Source: Myxococcota bacterium (GTDB lineage: Bacteria; Myxococcota_A; UBA9160; UBA4427). From it: 64,000 nucleotides of DNA. The translations under genes were made by a program, and so were the position numbers. Positions 27,499-37,122 of this stretch are shown in pieces; positions within the stretch are counted from its first letter, which is position 1; every line of letters starts with the position of its first letter. The notes under the pieces were generated by a model. It ran no database searches, was not told the DNA's origin, and worked only from the letters and a program-made list of their open reading frames with translations. The stretch covers positions 1,792,001 through 1,856,000 of the forward strand of contig OZ252299.1 in assembly GCA_965250285.1 (NCBI GenBank), given 5' to 3'.

Positions 27499-28830
27499 GT
27501 GTGGGACGAGCTCAGGCGCCTCGCCCGGCTCGCCATGCCCGTCATGGCGGCGCAGGTGGGCGGCATGCTGATCGGCACCGTCGACACGATGATGGTGGGC
27601 CGTGTCAGCGTCGATGCCCTCGCGGCCGCGGCCATCGCGAACGCGTGGATCCACGGCCTGCTGCTGATGGCGCAAGGGGTCGTGTGGGGGATCGATCCCC
27701 TGGTGAGTCAAGCCCACGGTGCTCGCCGGCCCGACCTCGCGGCCGAGGCGATGCAGCGCGGCGTGCTGCTCGGCATCGCCGTGAGCGTGCCCGTGAGCGC
27801 GGCGCTCTACTTCACCGAGGAGGCGCTGCTCCTGCTCGGACAGGCCCCTGAACTCGCCGCAGAGGCCGAGCGCTACTCGGTCGTACAGATCCCGTCGGTG
27901 CCGTGCTTCCTCGTCTTCATGGCGGTCCGCCAGTGGCTGCAGGGGCGCGAGATCGTACGACCCGGCATGTGGATCATGCTCGTCGCTAACGTCTTCAACG
28001 TCGCCGCGAACTACGTGCTGATCTTCGGCGCGCTGGGGGTGCCGGCGCTCGGGCTCGTGGGGGCGGGGATCGCATCAGGGGCGACGCGCATCTTCATCAT
28101 GCTGGCGCTGATGGCGTGGGTATGGGGCTTCAAGCTGCACGTGGGAGCCTGGTCGAAGCCCGGCCGATACCTGTTCGAGCGGGCCGAGCTCGCCCGTATT
28201 CTGAGGGTCGGCATTGCGGTCTCGATCCAGCTCGCGCTCGAGATCTGGGCCTTCGGCGGCTCGACCCTGCTCGCGGGGCTGCTCGATCCGGTTGCGCTGG
28301 CGGCCCATACGATCGCCCTCAACCTCGCGGCGCTCTCGTTCATGATGCCGCTCGGCATCTCGCAGGCCGCGGCCGTGCGCGTCGGCAACCTGATCGGCGC
28401 GGGCGATCGCGCGGGGGCCCAACACGCTGCAACGGTCGCCATGGCCCTCGGTGGCGGCGTCATGGCCGTGGCGGCCGTCGTGTTCGTCTTCGGGCGCGCG
28501 CTGCTGCCGCGCCTGTACACGGGCGACGCCACCGCGATCGCGGCCGCCGCCGCCGTGCTGCCGATCGCGGCGGCGTTCCAGGTCTTCGACGGCGTCCAGG
28601 TGGTCGGCTGCGGCGTGTTGCGGGGCATGGGGCACACGCGCCCCGCCGCCGTGTTCAACTTCGTGGGCTACTGGGTCGTGGGCCTGCCGCTCGGGGCTGC
28701 GCTGGCGCTGCGGTTCGGATGGGGCCTGCCCGGCATCTGGTGGGGGCTCGCGACCGGCCTGCTGCTCGTCGCCTCGTCGCTCGTCGTGTACGTGCGGCGA
28801 CGAGGTCCGGCGCACGCCCGGGCCATCTGA
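27499..28830 (+). CDS. MATE family efflux transporter (NorM-like)
   Basis: LAMPV, VDTMMVG, FQVFDGVQVV, GVLRGMG. Start reset to GTG 27499, after GGAG. Confidence 0.9.
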   Translation: MWDELRRLARLAMPVMAAQVGGMLIGTVDTMMVGRVSVDALAAAAIANAWIHGLLLMAQGVVWGIDPLVSQAHGARRPDLAAEAMQRGVLLGIAVSVPVSAALYFTEEALLLLGQAPELAAEAERYSVVQIPSVPCFLVFMAVRQWLQGREIVRPGMWIMLVANVFNVAANYVLIFGALGVPALGLVGAGIASGATRIFIMLALMAWVWGFKLHVGAWSKPGRYLFERAELARILRVGIAVSIQLALEIWAFGGSTLLAGLLDPVALAAHTIALNLAALSFMMPLGISQAAAVRVGNLIGAGDRAGAQHAATVAMALGGGVMAVAAVVFVFGRALLPRLYTGDATAIAAAAAVLPIAAAFQVFDGVQVVGCGVLRGMGHTRPAAVFNFVGYWVVGLPLGAALALRFGWGLPGIWWGLATGLLLVASSLVVYVRRRGPAHARAI

Positions 28831-28867
28831 CTCGCGCGCGGGCTGTCGTCGCCGCGGCGGTGGACCT

Positions 28868-28948
28868 TCCGATGCAGCGGCACCCGACGGAGCGGCGCCT
28901 GATCCAGCAGCACCCGATGCTGCAGCGCCCGATGCAGCAGCGCCCGAG
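28868..28948. repeat. Degenerate 15-bp tandem repeat (about 5.4 copies, consensus CCCGATGCAGCAGCG)
   Basis: Units tccgatgcagcggca / cccgacggagcggcg / cctgatccagcagca / cccgatgctgcagcg / cccgatgcagcagcg / cccgag. Confidence 0.8.
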
Positions 28949-29276
28949 GGAGAGATGGGGTCTCCGCTCGGGCGCCTACCGTTCGTTCGGGTCGCGGCTC
29001 CATGGCCGACCACGACCGACCATGTGGGGCGCGGCGGCCGGCTCGATACCCCGGATACTCATGGGGGGAAACGAGGTTCGAGTCGTCGCGCGCAGACGTC
29101 GGCTGCGTTCGAAGGCAGCGATCGACGACCAGCACACGGTGCTTCGGGCCGAACGGCCAGCCCGTACGAGGATGATGCGCCTCGTCCCGACGGCCGTCAA
29201 CTTCGAAAGCGTTGATCGACAAAGAATCGTGTCGGCGTGCCACCTGGCGCACCTAGAACCGCGCGCGTGTCGCGGG

Positions 29277-30191
29277 TCACGAAGCCTGGGGCGAAGAGCG
29301 TGTGGGCTCGGCCCGGCGGTCGCGTGGCGTTCGTGCGGCGGCCCGACGCAGCTGGCCGGCCGTGAGCGTGCGCCCGTCGGGGCTCCACCCCGGAGGCCAC
29401 AGCGCATATCGCAGCGCATCGGCGAGGGACGCGGCGCCGGCCACATCCCGCCCGATCGCAGCGAACTCGTGAAACGCGATGCGAACGGGGTTGAACGTGT
29501 CGATCTGCGTGGTGAGCCCGTAGTCGACGGGCGCGCGCTCGGGCTCGAACGTGCCGAAGAGCCGATCCCAGACGATCAGGATGCCGCCGTGGTTGCGGTC
29601 GAGATACTCCACGTTGCGGCCGTGGTGCACGCGGTGGTGCGACGGGGTGTTGAAGAGCCACTCGAAGGGGCCGAGTCGGCCGATCAGCTCAGTGTGGATC
29701 CAGAACTGGTACACGAGACTGATCGCCTGAGCGGTGAAGATCATCGCGGGTGTGAAGCCGACGAACGCGAGCGGCGTCCAGAAGACCGGGCCCGTGAGCG
29801 GCGTCGTCCACGACTGCCGCAGCGCCGTCGACAGATTGTAATGGCGGCTCGAGTGGTGGTTCTCGTGCGCCGCCCACAGCAAGCGCACCTCGTGATGCGC
29901 GCGGTGGAACCAGTAGTAACAGAAGTCTTCGAGCGGGATGAGCAGCAGCCAGGCCACCGCAGTCTCACCGAGCGAGAGCACCCGGTGCTCGTAGCAGAAT
30001 GCGAAGAGTGCGGCCGTGCCCAGCTTTGCAACGAAGCTCACGACCACGTTGCCGATGCCCATCGCGAGGCTCGCCGCTGTGTCCTTCGGCGCATAGCCGC
30101 GCGCCCCTGCTTCGCCGCGATGCGACGCCCAGGCCTCGACGATCATCAGCAGCACGAACGCCGGGACGGCGTAGTAGACGAGCTCACTCAC
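29277..30191 (-). CDS. Sterol desaturase/fatty-acid hydroxylase family protein (alkylglycerol monooxygenase-like)
   Basis: His boxes HRAHH, HENHH, WIHTE, HHRVHH; NHGGILIVWDRLFGTF. Confidence 0.9.
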   Translation of the reverse strand: MSELVYYAVPAFVLLMIVEAWASHRGEAGARGYAPKDTAASLAMGIGNVVVSFVAKLGTAALFAFCYEHRVLSLGETAVAWLLLIPLEDFCYYWFHRAHHEVRLLWAAHENHHSSRHYNLSTALRQSWTTPLTGPVFWTPLAFVGFTPAMIFTAQAISLVYQFWIHTELIGRLGPFEWLFNTPSHHRVHHGRNVEYLDRNHGGILIVWDRLFGTFEPERAPVDYGLTTQIDTFNPVRIAFHEFAAIGRDVAGAASLADALRYALWPPGWSPDGRTLTAGQLRRAAARTPRDRRAEPTRSSPQAS

Positions 30192-30218
30192 GCCGGGATG
30201 CTCGGACGGCTCGGGCGC

Positions 30219-30932
30219 TCACGCGACATGGCCACCGGTCACGACGAGCTGGAGGATCGACGCGGTCGTGCGGATCAGCTCGTCGCGCCGGACGCCCCGG
30301 TCGCCGAGCAGGCGCACGTGAGCGGCGAGCTTCTCGAGCATCGAGACCAGGGCCGCCGCCGCGGCGTACGGGTGCATGCCCGGCCGCTCGGGGTTCTCGG
30401 CCTCGATCTTCTCGGCGAGCGCATCGAGCACGGGCGCAAGCGCCTTACGGCGCGCCTCCTGAAACCGCACGTCGCCGCGGTCGGCCGCGAGATTGCGCAC
30501 CGTCAGCACCGGATGGTGCGTCTCCCAGTGCTCGATGAAACGATCGGCGAGGTCGCGCGAGGTCGTCTCGCCGGCGGTGCCGTGCCACTCGCCGGAGATC
30601 AACGCCAGCAATGCCGGCGTCTCCTCGGCGGCCTGGGCCGCGAGCAGCAGCGCGGCCTCCTCGACATCCTTGAAGTAGTGGTAGAACGTGGCGGGCGAAG
30701 TCTCGGCTCGGCGGGCGATATCAACGACGGCGATGTCGAGGATGCTGCGCTCGCGCAGCAGCTCCTCGGTCGCGTCGAGCAGACGCTGGCGCGTCTTGAG
30801 CGCACGGGGGCCCAGCGTGCGGCCCGTCTGAGCCACCGCCTCCTCGGTCACGACCGGCTCCGCTCCGCTCGCGTCGTGCGCGCTTCCAGGCGCATTCGCT
30901 CGAGCCGCGCTCTGGGGATCGCTCCCGCTCAC
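30219..30932 (-). CDS. TetR family transcriptional regulator
   Basis: TRQRLLDA...VVDIARRAETSPATFYHYFKD HTH. Confidence 0.9.
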   Translation of the reverse strand: MSGSDPQSAARANAPGSAHDASGAEPVVTEEAVAQTGRTLGPRALKTRQRLLDATEELLRERSILDIAVVDIARRAETSPATFYHYFKDVEEAALLLAAQAAEETPALLALISGEWHGTAGETTSRDLADRFIEHWETHHPVLTVRNLAADRGDVRFQEARRKALAPVLDALAEKIEAENPERPGMHPYAAAAALVSMLEKLAAHVRLLGDRGVRRDELIRTTASILQLVVTGGHVA

Positions 30933-31142
30933 CTCTTCACTCCTCCCTCTCTCCTCTGCGCCGCGGCCCAGTCGCCCCTGCTTCGATCAAACTAGCGAAC
31001 GCCTCTGGGCCTCCGCCGCGGCGGCGCGCCCCGAGCATCGACACGGCGTTCGAAGCGGTGCTCGAGATGCCCCCTCCCGCACGACACGCCTTGGCATCGT
31101 GGGGCGCCGGGACGCGCTGGCGGCCCCACGGCCCGTCTGCAA

Positions 31143-31161
31143 ATCTAACGACCCGTCAGCT
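31143..31161. promoter_or_regulatory. Putative operator, copy 1 (ATCTAACG-ACC-CGTCAGCT)
   Basis: Palindrome in the divergent TetR/acyl-CoA dehydrogenase intergenic region; matches copies at 41156 and 48638. Confidence 0.6.
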
Positions 31162-31216
31162 CGCTGGCCGCAGCCGAGCGAGTCGCCCACCCCGCGCACG
31201 GAGCCCGAGTCGCCCC

Positions 31217-32344
31217 ATGGACGTCCAGCTCGACGAAGCGCAGCTGCTGCTCCGCGACACCGCCCGCGAGTTCCTCGCGACCGAGTGCCCGGTCGAAATC
31301 GCGCGCGCGCGGATGGACGATCCTCACTCGTTTGCCGAGGCCGTCTGGAAGCAGATGGCCGAGCTCGGCTGGGCGGGCCTCTACGTGCCGGCCGAACGCG
31401 GGGGCGCCGGCCTCGACCTCGTCACGGTCTCGCTTCTGCTCGAAGAGCTCGGTCGGGTGCTCGCCCCCACGCCCTTTCTGATGTCGGCGCTCGTCGCACC
31501 CGGCACCATCACCCGCTTCGGCTCGATCGCTCAGCAGGCCGACTGGCTGCCCGCGCTCGCCGCCGGCGAGTGGCGCGTCGCCTTCGCACATCTCGGCGAC
31601 GAGCCGCGCTGGGACGTCGCAGGATGCGGCGTCGAGGGCCACCTCGAAGGCGACCGACTGCGCCTCGATGGCCACGCGCGCTTCGTGCAGGACGGCCTGA
31701 CGGCCTCCCATCTGCTGGTCACGTGTCGGCTGGGCGACCGGATCGGGCTCGCGCTGGTGAACAACCAGCAGCCGCGCCTCGCGCACCGCGCCATCGACTT
31801 CAACGAAAAGACGCGCAGCTGGGCCGACATTCGGTTCGATGGCGTGAACGTGCGAAGCGCCGCATTGATCGGCGGTTCGGAGCGCGGTGGCGACGCCTTC
31901 GCGTACGCGCTCGACCTCGCGCGAGCGGGCCTCGCCGCCGAACTCGCCGGGGCCGGTCGCCAGGTGCTCGAGATGTCGGTCCTCTACGCGAAGCAGCGCG
32001 AGCAGTTCGGTCAGCCGATCGGCCAGTTCCAGGCGATCGCCCACAAATGCGCCGACATGCTCGTCGCGGTCGAGAGCATGAGCTCGGCGGCGACCTACGC
32101 GGCGTGGAGCGTCGGCACCGACGAGGCCGATGCACGCACGTCGGCCTGCCTCGCGAAGTCGTTCTGCAGCGACGCCGCGACGCGCGTCGCAGGCGACGGG
32201 ATCCAGGTCCACGGCGGTCTCGGCTTCACCTGGGAGCAGGATCTCCACCTGTACTTCAAGCACGCCAAGGCGGCCGAGTTTCTCTACGGCAACAGCCACG
32301 CGCTGCGTGAGATCGCCGCTCGCGATCTGATCGACGGGGCTTGA
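31217..32344 (+). CDS. Acyl-CoA dehydrogenase (FadE-type, probable non-catalytic subunit)
   Basis: REQFGQPIGQFQAIAH, IQVHGGLGFTWE. Start reset to ATG 31217. Confidence 0.88.
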   Translation: MDVQLDEAQLLLRDTAREFLATECPVEIARARMDDPHSFAEAVWKQMAELGWAGLYVPAERGGAGLDLVTVSLLLEELGRVLAPTPFLMSALVAPGTITRFGSIAQQADWLPALAAGEWRVAFAHLGDEPRWDVAGCGVEGHLEGDRLRLDGHARFVQDGLTASHLLVTCRLGDRIGLALVNNQQPRLAHRAIDFNEKTRSWADIRFDGVNVRSAALIGGSERGGDAFAYALDLARAGLAAELAGAGRQVLEMSVLYAKQREQFGQPIGQFQAIAHKCADMLVAVESMSSAATYAAWSVGTDEADARTSACLAKSFCSDAATRVAGDGIQVHGGLGFTWEQDLHLYFKHAKAAEFLYGNSHALREIAARDLIDGA

Positions 32345-32374
32345 ACCGCTCGCCGGCCCGCCGAGCGCTTCGCC

Positions 32375-33568
32375 CTAGCGGCCCCGCGGCAGCCCCAGCA
32401 CGCGGTGGGCGATGATGCCCCGCTGCACTTCCGACGTCCCGGCGTAGATCGTGGCAGCCCGGCTCCAGAGCGACTCGTAGGCCCAGTAGCCGTCGTCGAT
32501 CGCGAGGGGATCGCCCTCGGCGACCAGGCCGGCCGGGCCGAGCATGTCGAGGGCGGTTTGCTTGACCTGCTGGTCGAGCTCGCTCCAGATGATCTTGAGC
32601 GTCGACCCTTCGGGCCCTGGGATGCCCTTGTCCTTCAAGGCCGACACGTTCCGGTAGGCCGACATCTTCATCACCAGGGTGCGCGCGGCGAAATCCATGA
32701 GCTTCTGACGCAGCTCAGGGTCCTGATCGGCCGTCGAGGCGCCGCGGGGGGTGCGTTTCGCCGCGGCGATCATCAGATCGAGATCGGCCGTCAAGCGGGC
32801 ATGCTGGGCCGATGAGCCGCGCTCGACGGCGAGCGTCGTCATCACGATGTCCCAGCCTCGATCGATCTCGCCCACCACGTTGCCGATGGGCACGGCGACG
32901 TCGTCGAAGAAGACCTCGTTGAACCAGGCGTGGCCCGTCATCTCGACCAGAGGACGAATCGTGATGCCCGGCGAATCCATGTCGACGAGCAGAAACGAGA
33001 GCCCGCGATGCTTCACCGAGTCGGGGTCGGTGCGAACGACCAGAATGCACCACTGCGACTGGTGCGCGAAGCTCGTCCAGATCTTCTGACCATTCACGAT
33101 GATCTCGTCGCCGCGCACCTCGCCACGCGTGCGCAGCGCCGCGAGATCGCTGCCCGCACCCGGCTCCGAGAAGCCCTGGCACCAGATCTCCTCGCCGCGC
33201 AGAATCGGACCGAGAAAGCGCTCCTTCTGCCACTCGGCGCCTTCGGCGATCAGAGTCGGCCCGACGAGCGACGTGCCCACCGACAGGCTGATCAGGTTCG
33301 GGCCACGCGCGCGGGTGTACTCCTCGAGCCAGATCATGTTCTCGACCAGGCCCACCTCCTGACCGCCGTAGGCCTTCGGCCAGTCGAGACCGGCCCAACC
33401 GCCTTCGTAGAGCTGCCCCTGCCATTGCTTCAGAAACGCCACCTCTTCGGCGGGGGTCGAGGGCTTGGGAAACGCTGCCGTGCCCCAGCCCTCGGGCAGG
33501 TTCGCCTCGAGCCATTCGCGCGCCTTGGCGCGGAACTTCGCCTCTTCGGGGGAGTCGTTCAGATCCAC
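32375..33568 (-). CDS. Acyl-CoA dehydrogenase (FadE-type, probable catalytic subunit)
   Basis: WCQGFSEPGAGSDLA, GQKIWTS, FNEVFFD, TLAVER, IYAGTSEVQR. Confidence 0.92.
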   Translation of the reverse strand: MDLNDSPEEAKFRAKAREWLEANLPEGWGTAAFPKPSTPAEEVAFLKQWQGQLYEGGWAGLDWPKAYGGQEVGLVENMIWLEEYTRARGPNLISLSVGTSLVGPTLIAEGAEWQKERFLGPILRGEEIWCQGFSEPGAGSDLAALRTRGEVRGDEIIVNGQKIWTSFAHQSQWCILVVRTDPDSVKHRGLSFLLVDMDSPGITIRPLVEMTGHAWFNEVFFDDVAVPIGNVVGEIDRGWDIVMTTLAVERGSSAQHARLTADLDLMIAAAKRTPRGASTADQDPELRQKLMDFAARTLVMKMSAYRNVSALKDKGIPGPEGSTLKIIWSELDQQVKQTALDMLGPAGLVAEGDPLAIDDGYWAYESLWSRAATIYAGTSEVQRGIIAHRVLGLPRGR

Positions 33569-33584
33569 GACGCTGCGACCTCGC

Positions 33585-34064
33585 TCAGCCGCCGAGCGGC
33601 GGGTTGTACATCGTCAGGCCCTTGTAGACGAGCGCCGGGCGATCGCTGCCCACGACGTGCACCGCGGTCTCGTTCGTGAGCAGCGTGCCCTTCGGCTTCG
33701 CCTGCACGTCGATCAGTCGGCTGTGGGCATGGACCGATGCCCCGCACGGCACCGGCGAGAGAAAGCGCAGACCGTCGGCCCCGTAGTTGGTCGCGTTGCC
33801 ATAGCCGGTCACCACGAAGCCCGCTGCGCCGCCGATGTAGGGCAACAGCGACAGCGTGAAGAAGCCGTGCACGATCGGCCCGCCAAACGGGCTCTGCTCC
33901 TTCGCCCGTTCGACGTCGATGTGGATCCACTGGTGATCCCCCGTCAGGTCGGCGAACTGATTCACCATCTCCTGGGTCACGGTCATCTCACGACCCCAGT
34001 CACCGTAGTCTTCGCTGATCTTGGCCTTCAGTGCGTCGATGTCGTCGAAGCGGATCTGATCCAA
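33585..34064 (-). CDS. MaoC family dehydratase
   Basis: FADLTGDHQWIHID...PFGGPIVHG, NYGADGLRF. Confidence 0.9.
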   Translation of the reverse strand: MDQIRFDDIDALKAKISEDYGDWGREMTVTQEMVNQFADLTGDHQWIHIDVERAKEQSPFGGPIVHGFFTLSLLPYIGGAAGFVVTGYGNATNYGADGLRFLSPVPCGASVHAHSRLIDVQAKPKGTLLTNETAVHVVGSDRPALVYKGLTMYNPPLGG

Positions 34065-34104
34065 GGCTCTGGCTCTCCTCTCGCCGCAGGCACGGGTGCC
34101 GGCC

Positions 34105-36591
34105 CTAGGCCGTCACACCTGCGGCGTGCAAGCGGTCGATCTCGTCGTCGGGCAGCCCGAGCACCTTGCTCAGGATGTGGCGCGTGTGCTCGCCCAGCAG
34201 CGGCCCAGCGGTGCGCGGGCCGCCGGGGGTCTCGGAGAGACGGTAGCCCCGTCGCTCGAATGCGAGAGGCCCGAGCGCCGCATGCTCGAGCTCGACGAAA
34301 TGGCCGCGATGCGCCAGCTGAGGATCGCGCACGAGGTCGTCGAAGTCCTGAACCGGCCCCGCCTCGATGCCCAGCGCCTGCAGCCTCTCGACCATGCCGT
34401 CGAGATCCTGTGTCCGCGTCCAGGCTTCGACCCCCTGCTCGATTTCATCGCGCGCGCCCAGCCGCCCCTCGAGCCAGGCGTAGGCCGCGAGCGCGGCCCA
34501 GTCGGGGCGCCCCATCGCCTCGACCAGCGCAGCCCACGCGGCGTCGTCGCGGACCGCGATGGCGATCCAACGTTCGCGGCCCGTATCGGCTTCGGCGCGT
34601 GCAGCGAACACCCCATGCGGCACCGCGACTTCGCTCGCGTTGCCCATCCGAGCCGGCACCTCACCGGTCGCAGAGTGCCGCGCGATCGCTTCGCTCAGGC
34701 AGTACACACCGGTCTCGATCTGCGAGACGTCGAGACACTGCCCCACGCCGGTGCGCTCCCGCTCGAACATCGCAGCGAGCAGCGTCGCAGCGACGAAGCG
34801 CGGCGAGAGCGAGTCGGTGATGGTCGCGTAGGGGCCGAGGGCCTCGGCATCGGGCCAACCCGTCAGGTGATTGAAGCCCGCGATCGCTGCACCCTGCCCG
34901 CCGAAGCCGGGGTATGCCCGCTGTGGACCGGTCTGGCCGAACAGACAGCCCCGCACCATGATCACCGTCGCGTCGAGTGCGTGCACGCGGTCCCAGCCGA
35001 GGCCGAAGCGCTCCATCACGCCCGGCGCGAAGTTCTCGGCGACGACGTCGGCCCACTCGGCGATCAGGCGTTCGACGATCGCGATGGCCTCGGGCGACTT
35101 CATGTCGAGCGTCAGACTCTGCTTGTCTGCATTCAGCAGCGCGAACATCGGCGCCTGATCGTAGATGCCCGGCTCGTCTCGGTTCTTCGCGGTGACGTGG
35201 AGCAGCCGCAAGAAGTCGGGGCGCCTCGCCGACTCGATGCGAATCACCTCGGCGCCCTGCTCGGCGAGATAGCCGGTGGCGACGGGCCCGGCGGCGCCCG
35301 CGCCGAGCTCGAGCACCTTCAGGCCGGCGAACACCCCAGCCTCGCCGCTCTCGAGCCCGTACGGCGCGGTCGAGCCGTGAAAGGCAACCCGCTCCCGTGA
35401 CGTCGATCCGCGACGCAGCTCGTCTCCGTCGGCATCGAGCACCGGCGCGGGCCCGCGCACGGCGATCTCGGCTGCGCTCGCCCGTGCGAAGAACGCGGGC
35501 GTCTCGAAGACGCGATCGCGCTCCTGCAGCGTCGTGAAGAAGTCGCGCGACCGCAGCTGGGGCTGCGCGAGGATCTCGCGGGCGTCGTTGCACGGCGCGA
35601 GCAGGATGCGCCGCTCGATCGCCGTCTCATACAGCTCGCGCATGGTCTTCGTCGCGAAGAACGCACCGAACGCGGCCTCGAGTCGCGCGAGCTCGTCTTC
35701 GGTCAGCGTGAGCGGCGAGTACGCCGACCAGTCCATCGTGCGCAGCCAGTCGGGCGCGAGCTCGCTCTCGGCCATGTAGTCGACGGTGGCGCTCAGGCTC
35801 GGGATGCGCGCGGGCCCGCCCCGCAAGCCGTACGACACGAAGCCATCGGCACAGCGCCAGATTTCACGCGTCCGCCCCGTCCGCGCGCCACTGCGCGTGG
35901 CGAGCGGTGCGCCGCTGGCGCGCTGGCCCGGCCCGGAGAGCAACGTCGTCAGCTGAGTCTCCTGCAGCGCACAGTCGACGAACTGCCCTCGCCCGATCCG
36001 CGGTCGCGCATGAAGCGCCGTGAGGATCGCAACGACCGCCTCGGCGCCGCCGTGAAACGTGGACGTGGGCAAGCTGCAGCGAAGCGGCGCGCGCGCCGGA
36101 TCCCCGGTCATCGCCATGTTGCCGCCCATCGCCACGATCACCAGATCGCCGGCCCACCAATCGGCTCGAGGTCCCGTCTGGCCGAACGGACTGATGGCGC
36201 AGTGGACGAGGCCGGGATGGCTCGGCGGGCACGCGGCTTCGAGGTCGGCCGTGCGCAGCCGACGCGCGGCTCGCTCGCCGGGGCGACACGTGTCGATCAC
36301 GACGTCGGCCGAGCCGACCAGGTCACCCAGCCCCGCGCGACCATCGGCCGAATCGAGATCGAGCACCACGCTGCGCTTGCCCGCGTTGAGCACCGAGTAT
36401 CGGAGGCTCGGTGCGTCGGCCGACGCGCCGCCGCGCGACCGCACGGCGACGCCGCCCGTCGGCTCGACCAGGATCACTTCGGCGCCGAGGTCGGCGAGGA
36501 TGCGGCCCGCGAGTTGGCCCCGCTCATCGGTCAGGTCGAGCACGCGCAGGCCGCCAAGCACGTCGATCCGCCTCACATCGCCCCGGGGCAC
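34105..36591 (-). CDS. Two-domain (fused) family III CoA-transferase (CaiB/BaiF)
   Basis: Two CoA_transf_3 repeats: LRVLDL...LADLGAEVILVE and LKVLEL...LAEQGAEVIRIE; NAGKRS/NADKQS; FGQTGP twice. Start uncertain. Confidence 0.9.
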   Translation of the reverse strand: MPRGDVRRIDVLGGLRVLDLTDERGQLAGRILADLGAEVILVEPTGGVAVRSRGGASADAPSLRYSVLNAGKRSVVLDLDSADGRAGLGDLVGSADVVIDTCRPGERAARRLRTADLEAACPPSHPGLVHCAISPFGQTGPRADWWAGDLVIVAMGGNMAMTGDPARAPLRCSLPTSTFHGGAEAVVAILTALHARPRIGRGQFVDCALQETQLTTLLSGPGQRASGAPLATRSGARTGRTREIWRCADGFVSYGLRGGPARIPSLSATVDYMAESELAPDWLRTMDWSAYSPLTLTEDELARLEAAFGAFFATKTMRELYETAIERRILLAPCNDAREILAQPQLRSRDFFTTLQERDRVFETPAFFARASAAEIAVRGPAPVLDADGDELRRGSTSRERVAFHGSTAPYGLESGEAGVFAGLKVLELGAGAAGPVATGYLAEQGAEVIRIESARRPDFLRLLHVTAKNRDEPGIYDQAPMFALLNADKQSLTLDMKSPEAIAIVERLIAEWADVVAENFAPGVMERFGLGWDRVHALDATVIMVRGCLFGQTGPQRAYPGFGGQGAAIAGFNHLTGWPDAEALGPYATITDSLSPRFVAATLLAAMFERERTGVGQCLDVSQIETGVYCLSEAIARHSATGEVPARMGNASEVAVPHGVFAARAEADTGRERWIAIAVRDDAAWAALVEAMGRPDWAALAAYAWLEGRLGARDEIEQGVEAWTRTQDLDGMVERLQALGIEAGPVQDFDDLVRDPQLAHRGHFVELEHAALGPLAFERRGYRLSETPGGPRTAGPLLGEHTRHILSKVLGLPDDEIDRLHAAGVTA

Positions 36592-36758
36592 GATGGCCGC
36601 AGGGGTGGGTTCGGCACGGGCCGCCTCATGAACCGAGACGCCACGCGCTCCGTCGAACTCGATCTTCGAATGTAGTTCAGGGGGCCCCGCACCGGGGCGA
36701 CCGTGCCGATGATCGAAGGCGTTTCGAATGAGGGAGGCCGGGGGCGTCGGCGCCTCTC

Positions 36759-36811
36759 AACTCGCCTGACTCGCCTGACTCGCCCAGCTCGCCCGACTCG
36801 CCCAACTCGCC
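36759..36811. repeat. 9-bp tandem repeat (about 6 copies, consensus GACTCGCCY)
   Basis: aactcgcct gactcgcct gactcgccc agctcgccc gactcgccc aactcgcc. Confidence 0.8.
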
Positions 36812-36954
36812 AACGCGTCCACGCGCGGCTCGCGGGGTTCCGGGCGATCGGACAGCGACGGGGGGTGCAATCGAACTCGACGAACGGGGCAGTGCGGTCC
36901 CGCCCCGTTCGCCGGTCGATTCGGATCGGAACGCCGGGCCTTCGCCCGACGGGG

Positions 36955-37122
36955 CTACTTCGACTCGTCGCCCTCGGGCGAAGCCGGGGGCGGCGTCTCG
37001 TCGCCGGTGTCCTCGGACGACGTTCCGTCCGAGCCCGAACCGGTGGCGTCGTCCGACGCCAGCGCGGGCCATCCGATCATCAGTGCGGCCAACAAGCTCA
37101 GAAGAATCACGATGCGCTTCAT
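36955..37122 (-). CDS. Small (55 aa) secreted acidic protein, absent from the ORF track
   Basis: AGGAGG SD, then MKRIVILLSLLAALMIGWPALA-SDDATGSGSDGTSSEDTGDETPPPASPEGDESK*; Sec signal peptide with ALA cleavage site. Confidence 0.7.
   Translation of the reverse strand: MKRIVILLSLLAALMIGWPALASDDATGSGSDGTSSEDTGDETPPPASPEGDESK

Noticed and set aside
28868..28948. CRISPR array (also considered for 36759-36811)
   Set aside because: The repeats are head-to-tail 15-bp and 9-bp units without unique spacers, and there are no cas genes.
28116..30995. 959-aa + strand ORF and other long ORFs such as 11204-13657, 25914-27851 and 54850-57153
   Set aside because: Arg/Ala/Gly-rich shadow or antisense frames of well-supported genes, expected in high-GC DNA, with no family motifs.
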